From a virus, in the UHGV virus genome UHGV-0040703: DNA of 12,371 bases; one strand, given 5' to 3'. The notes beneath the pieces are model-generated. The model did not search any database. It saw nothing but the letters and a program-made list of their open reading frames with translations, and had not been told where the DNA came from. Position numbers and translations under genes: made by a program. This document shows, piece by piece, positions 7,603-12,371 of this stretch (position 1 is the stretch's first letter; each line of letters opens with the position of its first letter).

Positions 7603-8711
7603 GAACGTCATTAGTCACCCGTGAAGAGATGATCGAGGCAATTGAACAGCACACTGCCTGTATCAGTACCAGGGATATACCGGGCGTTATTGCCAACTAC
7701 TTCATGATCACCAAACAACTTTACCGGAGAAAGGACAAACACGCGGTTCACCGCATTCTGCTAACCGATATCCGTGAATACCTGCTCGAACAGGGTCATC
7801 TGAATTACGCAACCGTCGCAGCCGAAGCACGCAAGGAGGCACACAGAATGAAAGCAACTAACGTTAAATCAGAAAAAATTTATGCACCTTCAGTTCAGGA
7901 ATCGGAACTGGTGGTTGTTCAGAATCAGCCGGATGAAATTCCCGTTCTGGAATGGCAGGGAGTACGTGTCGTGACAACCGAAACTCTTGCTAGAGGGTAT
8001 GGGGTCGATGAAGCCAATATTCGCAACAATTTGTCTCGCAACCTTGACCGCTTTGAAGAAGGTAAGCATTACTTTCTTCTAACTGGTTTAAAATTAAGAG
8101 AATTTAAGAACAGAGTAACCGGAAGTTACTCTGTTGGTAAGAACGCCAGAAGCCTTACACTCTGGACAGAGCGCGGCGCTGCACGCATGTCTAAGATCGT
8201 GGACACAAATGAAGCATGGGCATTCTTTGAAAAACTGGAAGACAGCTACTTCCGGCAAAAAGAACAGCAACCGGTTGCAATCCCCCAAACATTACCAGAA
8301 GCCCTACGCCTGGCTGCCGAACTGGCTGAACAAAAGCAGCTTCTGGAACAGAAAGCCCACCAGCTAAATCAGCAGCTGGTAGCCGCCGCTCCTAAGGTCG
8401 ATTTTGCCGACCGGGTATCAGTAGCTAAAGGGATCCTGATTGGGAATTTTGCAAAGGTTGTTGGACTTAAGCAAAACGCGCTGTTTGCCTGGTTACGGGA
8501 GAACGGCATCCTGATAGCGTCCGGTGGACGTAAAAATGTGCCGTTCCAGCAGTACATCAACGCGGGGTATTTCACGGTGAAAGAAGTGGTGCTGGATGAT
8601 GAAGATGGCTACCAGATACGGTTGACGCCTCAATTAACGGGTAAAGGCCAGCAGTGGTTGACGCGTAAACTGCTCGATGCTGGCTTGTTAAAACCGGTGG
8701 CGGCTGAATAA
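7599..8711 (+). CDS. ant: Antirepressor-like protein: ORF6N/KilA-N-type domain plus C-terminal KilAC domain, 370 aa, with nested in-frame start at 7848 (287 aa); Ant1/Ant2-type arrangement
   Basis: AGGAGG SD before the ATG at 7599; second strong SD AAGGAGG (7833..7839) before the in-frame ATG at 7848. Middle region VLEWQGVRVVTTETLARGYGVDEANI... resembles the ORF6N/Bro-N fold; C-terminal LPEALRLAAELAEQKQ...FADRVSVAKGILIGNFAKVVGLKQNALFAWLRENGIL...YINAGYFTVKEV resembles the KilAC signature. Confidence 0.65.
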   Translation: MRTSLVTREEMIEAIEQHTACISTRDIPGVIANYFMITKQLYRRKDKHAVHRILLTDIREYLLEQGHLNYATVAAEARKEAHRMKATNVKSEKIYAPSVQESELVVVQNQPDEIPVLEWQGVRVVTTETLARGYGVDEANIRNNLSRNLDRFEEGKHYFLLTGLKLREFKNRVTGSYSVGKNARSLTLWTERGAARMSKIVDTNEAWAFFEKLEDSYFRQKEQQPVAIPQTLPEALRLAAELAEQKQLLEQKAHQLNQQLVAAAPKVDFADRVSVAKGILIGNFAKVVGLKQNALFAWLRENGILIASGGRKNVPFQQYINAGYFTVKEVVLDDEDGYQIRLTPQLTGKGQQWLTRKLLDAGLLKPVAAE

Positions 8712-8718
8712 TGGAAGA

Positions 8719-8740
8719 ATGCCCGGTTGATGCCGGGCAT
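8719..8740. terminator. Hairpin between the convergent antirepressor-like gene and c1 (probable bidirectional terminator)
   Basis: 8-bp stem ATGCCCGG/CCGGGCAT with a 6-nt loop, flanked by AATTTATT on the plus strand and TCTTCCATTATT on the minus strand; lies between the stop codons at 8709..8711 and 8744..8746. Confidence 0.5.
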
Positions 8741-8743
8741 AAT

Positions 8744-9595
8744 TTATTGCGCGCTTTCGGGGTTGTCGTTTACTGGCTGCCCCTTCTTGGTTTTACGGCT
8801 GCGCGTAACTGATGCGGCTGACTTAACCTTTTTCTCTTCGCGAGTGATGGCAATTTGTTTTTTTACATTTTCAATATCTGCCAGGCGATATATTTTTGCT
8901 TGCGGCCAGCGGTCGCAGATGATCGGTTCTATGGAGTCATAAAGGCTAAATTTTGCTTTTTCGAATTCACCGTTGATGATAATTCCATCACGGAGAGTTT
9001 CATCGCAGATAAACACGCCACACAGTGGCACATGGTAACTAACTGATTTACCATCATTGTAGTTAGGGCTACTGGAAATGTAGTGGACGCGCAGCATTGT
9101 TTCGCTAAAGCCGTGTACGCGCATACGGAATTTTTCATCCTCCGGGTACTGCTTCATTAGCTCTTTTGTTGCTTCCAGGTTCTCTATGTATTTCGCACTG
9201 TGCTCATTGATCCCCGCGCTTTTTTGGATGCGAATATCCTTATCAATCAGATGAATAATGCGGCCAGCGGTCATGTTGACGCTGTTCACAGCCTCTGTCT
9301 GATAAGTTGTAACCTTACGCACACCGCGAAGGATGTTAGGCACTGGATATAAAATAGTCTTTGGGATATTGAGGTCTGGGTACTGTTCCAGTTCCCGCGC
9401 CATTAAAGTCCATTTATCAATTTCAGCCTGAATGCTGTCAGTTTCTTTGAACGGTAGAACGACAACCGGGCGTACAGGACGACCGTCGCTGGCTGTATCA
9501 ACGTGTTGGGCGCGTGCAACAGCTTTTTTTAGAAAGAGATCCCTGAAGCTGACGAACTCCTGGTACAGTTGTTCGCCGTAGACATAATTTATCAT
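8744..9595 (-). CDS. c1: C1 repressor of lysis (primary immunity repressor), 283 aa
   Basis: Translation MINYVYGEQLYQEFVSFRDLFLKKAVARAQHVDTASDGRPVRPVVVLPFKETDSIQAEIDKWTL... matches recalled P1 C1; 283 aa as in P1. Confidence 0.95.
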   Translation of the reverse strand: MINYVYGEQLYQEFVSFRDLFLKKAVARAQHVDTASDGRPVRPVVVLPFKETDSIQAEIDKWTLMARELEQYPDLNIPKTILYPVPNILRGVRKVTTYQTEAVNSVNMTAGRIIHLIDKDIRIQKSAGINEHSAKYIENLEATKELMKQYPEDEKFRMRVHGFSETMLRVHYISSSPNYNDGKSVSYHVPLCGVFICDETLRDGIIINGEFEKAKFSLYDSIEPIICDRWPQAKIYRLADIENVKKQIAITREEKKVKSAASVTRSRKTKKGQPVNDNPESAQ

Positions 9596-9689
9596 TGATC
9601 CTCCTCCAGAATTGACATGGCCAATAACGCCCGGCTGAGAAAACCGGTCATTACTGACCTATATTATAGAGGGATCAAACAAAAATAAT

Positions 9690-9706
9690 AGATTTATTAG
9701 TGCATT
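9690..9706 (-). promoter_or_regulatory. C1 operator-like site between coi and c1
   Basis: AGATTTATTAGTGCATT matches 14 of 17 positions of the reverse-complement consensus AAATTTATTAGAGCAAT. Confidence 0.4.
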
Positions 9707-9915
9707 TATTGTGAGTCTAACTGGTTAGTTGCCATGAGATATTCGATTGTGTCAGTGAGGTCATCCAGGTCGTCTTGGGTGATGCGGTACTCCTGATTGG
9801 ATATCTTTGAGTAGTGTTCAGCAATGGCGCGGGCAGCGTCGGTTTCGGCAGGGTCTACAGATAAAGCGTTAGAGCAATGTCTAACGTCGTCGATGGTTGG
9901 TTGAATGAAAGCCAT
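9706..9915 (-). CDS. coi: Coi, C1 inactivator, 69 aa
   Basis: 69-aa ORF MAFIQPTIDDVRHCSNALSVDPAETDAARAIAEHYSK... immediately upstream of c1 on the same strand, as in P1 immC. Confidence 0.85.
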   Translation of the reverse strand: MAFIQPTIDDVRHCSNALSVDPAETDAARAIAEHYSKISNQEYRITQDDLDDLTDTIEYLMATNQLDSQ

Positions 9916-10153
9916 AATTATGCCTCACTGTATTGACAACACAGAGCCTGAAGCTCTGACCTACTGTTTCACCCATGATCCATGCTGGGGTAATCTAACA
10001 ACATTGCGCTGTGTGTAAGATGAGCAATGCATAGCTGTAATGCCGTTGTATAAGGTTTCCCTGTTTGCTCATTTCCTTCTGAGCCGCTCTACAACGCTGA
10101 AGACACATTAAATAGTGAATCCAAAGTCGTATTACGTAACGGCGGCAAAACTA

Positions 10154-10170
10154 TAATTTATTAGAGCAAT
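10154..10170 (-). promoter_or_regulatory. C1 operator (Op99-type), minus orientation
   Basis: TAATTTATTAGAGCAAT matches 16 of 17 positions of the reverse-complement consensus. Confidence 0.65.
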
Positions 10171-10236
10171 TGTCAAACAACTATGAAAAACAATCCAGTT
10201 TTTGGCTGGTGGAGTGGGATTTTTCTCTCAAAATTT

Positions 10237-10253
10237 ATTGCTCTAATAATTCT
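10237..10253 (+). promoter_or_regulatory. C1 operator (Op99-type), plus orientation
   Basis: ATTGCTCTAATAATTCT matches 15 of 17 consensus positions. Confidence 0.65.
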
Positions 10254-10296
10254 TGATTTTTATGCGCAGCTGGACGTAAACTCCTCTTCGGACCTA

Positions 10297-10330
10297 ATAA
10301 CTTCGTATAGCATACATTATACGAAGTTAT
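10297..10330. other. loxP site for Cre recombination (13-bp inverted arms, 8-bp spacer)
   Basis: Exact ATAACTTCGTATA-GCATACAT-TATACGAAGTTAT. Confidence 0.98.
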
Positions 10331-10349
10331 CTTAAGGGTTATTGAATAT

Positions 10350-10479
10350 GATCAATTTACCTGTAAATCCATACAGTTCAATACCTTAGCAGGTCAAATA
10401 GTGATCATTTGATCAAGGTTGCGCTACGTAAAATCTGTGAAAAGTTGGCGGTGTTAGTCCTACAGATTTCGCGTAGCGC
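10350..10479 (+). promoter_or_regulatory. cre upstream regulatory region: Dam GATC cluster and an 18-bp imperfect inverted repeat
   Basis: GATC at 10350, 10403 and 10411 (TGATCATTTGATCA); inverted repeat GCGCTACGTAAAATCTGT (10421..10438) / ACAGATTTCGCGTAGCGC (10462..10479) with a 23-nt spacer. Dam-sensitive cre promoters have been described for P1. Confidence 0.4.
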
Positions 10480-10511
10480 ACTTAGCACCACCAATCAATC
10501 AGAGGTGAAAA

Positions 10512-10733
10512 ATGGGATATTCAACTGCTAAAGTGTCCACTCATCTTGAGCTTGAGAAAAACCGTGGTTACTGGCGGGCAAAAGGGTTTGATCGTGATAG
10601 TTGCCAACTGTCATTATCGCGCGGTGAAGAGAAAATAGAACGCACGCGCGGTCGCTGGCGTTTCTATGACGAGAACCATAAACAGGTAAAGGCAGAGCCG
10701 ATCCTGTACACTTTACTTAAAACCATCATCTGA
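10512..10733 (+). CDS. Hypothetical small basic protein (73 aa) immediately upstream of cre
   Basis: ATG at 10512 four nt after GAGGTG; its stop is 7 nt before the cre ATG. No recognised family; I do not recall it as an annotated P1 gene. Confidence 0.3.
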   Translation: MGYSTAKVSTHLELEKNRGYWRAKGFDRDSCQLSLSRGEEKIERTRGRWRFYDENHKQVKAEPILYTLLKTII

Positions 10734-10740
10734 GTGTTAA

Positions 10741-11772
10741 ATGTCCAATTTACTGACCGTACACCAAAATTTGCCTGCATTACCGGTCGATGCAACGAGT
10801 GATGAGGTTCGCAAGAACCTGATGGACATGTTCAGGGATCGCCAGGCGTTTTCTGAGCATACCTGGAAAATGCTTCTGTCCGTTTGCCGGTCGTGGGCGG
10901 CATGGTGCAAGTTGAATAACCGGAAGTGGTTTCCCGCAGAACCTGAAGATGTTCGCGATTATCTTCTATATCTTCAGGCGCGCGGTCTGGCAGTGAAAAC
11001 TATCCAGCAACATTTGGGCCAGCTAAATATGCTTCATCGTCGGTCCGGGCTGCCACGACCAAGTGACAGCAATGCTGTTTCACTGGTCATGCGACGGATC
11101 CGAAAAGAAAACGTTGATGCCGGTGAGCGTGCAAAACAGGCGCTGGCGTTCGAACGCACTGATTTCGACCAGGTTCGTTCACTCATGGAAAATAGCGATC
11201 GCTGCCAGGATATACGTAATCTGGCATTTCTGGGGATTGCTTATAACACCCTGTTACGTATAGCCGAAATTGCCAGGATCAGAGTTAAAGATATCTCACG
11301 TACTGACGGTGGGAGAATGTTAATCCATATTGGCAGAACGAAAACGCTGGTTAGCACCGCTGGTGTAGAGAAGGCACTTAGTCTGGGGGTAACTAAACTG
11401 GTTGAGCGATGGATTTCTGTCTCTGGTGTGGCTGATGATCCGAATAACTACTTGTTTTGCCGTGTCAGAAAAAATGGTGTTGCCGCGCCATCTGCCACCA
11501 GCCAGCTATCAACTCGCGCCCTGGAAGGGATTTTTGAAGCAACTCACCGATTGATTTACGGGGCTAAGGATGACTCTGGCCAGAGGTACCTGGCCTGGTC
11601 TGGACACAGTGCCCGTGTCGGAGCCGCGCGAGATATGGCCCGCGCCGGAGTTTCAATACCGGAGATCATGCAAGCTGGTGGCTGGACCAACGTAAATATT
11701 GTCATGAACTATATCCGTAACCTGGATAGTGAAACAGGGGCAATGGTGCGCCTGCTGGAAGATGGCGATTAG
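10741..11772 (+). CDS. cre: Cre tyrosine site-specific recombinase, 343 aa
   Basis: Translation MSNLLTVHQNLPALPVDATSDEVRKNLMDMFRDRQAFSEHTWKMLLSVCRSWAAWCKLNNRKWFPAEPEDVRDYLLYLQARGLAVKTIQQHLGQLNMLHRRSGLPRPSDSNAVSLVMRRIRKENVDAGERAKQALAFERTDFDQVRSLMENSDRCQDIRNLAFLGIAYNTLLRIAEIARIRVKDISRTDGGRMLIHIGRTKTLVSTAGVEKALSLGVTKLVERWISVSGVADDPNNYLFCRVRKNGVAAPSATSQLSTRALEGIFEATHRLIYGAKDDSGQRYLAWSGHSARVGAARDMARAGVSIPEIMQAGGWTNVNIVMNYIRNLDSETGAMVRLLEDGD is P1 Cre. Confidence 0.98.
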   Translation: MSNLLTVHQNLPALPVDATSDEVRKNLMDMFRDRQAFSEHTWKMLLSVCRSWAAWCKLNNRKWFPAEPEDVRDYLLYLQARGLAVKTIQQHLGQLNMLHRRSGLPRPSDSNAVSLVMRRIRKENVDAGERAKQALAFERTDFDQVRSLMENSDRCQDIRNLAFLGIAYNTLLRIAEIARIRVKDISRTDGGRMLIHIGRTKTLVSTAGVEKALSLGVTKLVERWISVSGVADDPNNYLFCRVRKNGVAAPSATSQLSTRALEGIFEATHRLIYGAKDDSGQRYLAWSGHSARVGAARDMARAGVSIPEIMQAGGWTNVNIVMNYIRNLDSETGAMVRLLEDGD

Positions 11773-11822
11773 CCATTAACGCGTAAATGATTGTTCTAAT
11801 TCTTTGATATTTATGGTGACAT

Positions 11823-12134
11823 ATGAGAAAGGATTTCAACATCGACGGAAAATATGTAGTGCTGTCTGTAAGCACTAATATTCAGTCGCCAGCCGTCATT
11901 GTCACTGTAAAGCTGAGCGATAGAATGCCTGATATTGACTCAATATCCGTTGCGTTCCCTGTCAAAAGTATGCGTGGTGCTGAACATTTCGTGATGAATG
12001 CCACCGAGGAAGAAGCACGGCGCGGTTTTGCTAAAGTAGTGTCTGACTTTGGCGAACTCTTGGATAAGGTTAACAATGTCCTTTCAATCAGTTCAGCAAG
12101 GTCCAAAGCGTTAACAGCTTCCATGATGAAATAA
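11823..12134 (+). CDS. cra: Cre-associated small protein (cra-like), 103 aa
   Basis: ORF directly downstream of cre with GGTGA before the ATG; assigned by synteny with P1 (cre then cra). Confidence 0.55.
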   Translation: MRKDFNIDGKYVVLSVSTNIQSPAVIVTVKLSDRMPDIDSISVAFPVKSMRGAEHFVMNATEEEARRGFAKVVSDFGELLDKVNNVLSISSARSKALTASMMK

Positions 12135-12158
12135 AAAAAGCCTGGCAAGGAACCAGGC
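12133..12158 (-). terminator. Rho-independent terminator oriented for minus-strand transcripts
   Basis: Stem GCCTGG/CCAGGC around loop CAAGGAA, preceded on the plus strand by A7, which is a U7 tract after the hairpin on the minus strand. Confidence 0.55.
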
Positions 12159-12261
12159 TGCACAAAAGAGCGGGTTTGTGTTCCGCATCCAATCAATCAG
12201 AAAGGAGTATAGCACATAGATACTAAAGTGAAAAAATGTGACTGAAGATAAACAATATAAC

Positions 12262-12285
12262 ATTGCTCTAATTGATTGTTATAAT
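12262..12285 (+). promoter_or_regulatory. C1 operator-like site with adjacent -10 element (Op2-type position after cre/cra)
   Basis: ATTGCTCTAATTGATTG (12262..12278) matches 14 of 17 consensus positions; TATAAT at 12280..12285. Confidence 0.5.
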
Positions 12286-12316
12286 TGGGCCGTGGCGTTA
12301 GTCAACTACGAAGACG

Positions 12317-12371
12317 GGTAGTGACTCCAACTTACTGATAGTGTTTTATGTTCAGATAATGCCCGATGACC
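12317..12371. mobile_element. IS1 terminal inverted repeat and adjacent interior (IRR-type end); element continues beyond the window
   Basis: GGTAGTGACTCCAACTTACTGATAGTGTTTTATGTTCAGATAATGCCCGATGAC matches the recalled IS1 end GGTAATGACTCCAACTTATTGATAGTGTTTTATGTTCAGATAATGCCCGATGAC with 2 mismatches. Confidence 0.8.

Noticed and set aside
7379-7624. Alternative TTG-initiated hydrophobic 81-aa frame overlapping the 73-codon ORF
   Set aside because: The 7381 frame ends in an ATGA overlap with the downstream gene, which is typical coupling; the 7379 frame would run 26 nt into the downstream ORF. Cannot be fully excluded without conservation data.
7222-8711. Retron (structured ncRNA followed by a large ORF)
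   Set aside because: The downstream protein has no reverse-transcriptase motifs (no YxDD block); its domains look like ORF6N/KilAC antirepressor folds.
9995-10108. 37-codon minus-strand ORF between coi and loxP (possible imcA/imcB-type small gene)
   Set aside because: No convincing SD and I cannot recall the imc sequences to confirm, so not called as a feature.
11790-11806. Additional C1 operator-like 17-mer upstream of cra
   Set aside because: Only 12 of 17 consensus positions match; too weak to call without a scoring matrix.
11882-12196. 104-aa minus-strand ORF overlapping cra
   Set aside because: It spans the intrinsic terminator hairpin at 12133..12158 and is antisense to a better-supported ORF.
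1-12371. CRISPR array or other regular direct-repeat array
   Set aside because: No repeat-spacer periodicity anywhere; the only clustered short repeats are the pac hexamers.

Overview
The window reads as a contiguous block of a bacteriophage P1-type phage-plasmid backbone, bracketed by two insertion-sequence ends. Left to right: the end of an IS903-family element (1..57) that truncates a type I hsdS gene after 22 codons; an intact EcoR124-like (type IC) hsdM on the minus strand; the phd/doc addiction operon; pdcB, pdcA and lpa; pacA with the seven-hexamer pac site; pacB, which carries an in-frame TAA between its Walker A and Walker B motifs; a roughly 1.7 kb module between pacB and the convergent c1 that looks like an immI-type antirepressor unit (C1 operator and promoter, terminator, structured RNA, 73-codon coupled ORF, antirepressor-like ORF with a nested in-frame start); c1 and coi; loxP; cre preceded by a small unannotated ORF; a cra-like ORF; a C1 operator; and the end of an IS1 running off the window. 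Six good matches to the 17-bp C1 operator consensus are spread across the window. The candidate worth most attention is the immI-like module next to immC, since from memory P1 keeps immI at a distant locus; this needs alignment to the P1 reference to confirm. All calls are from reading the sequence and recalled family knowledge; no searches were run.
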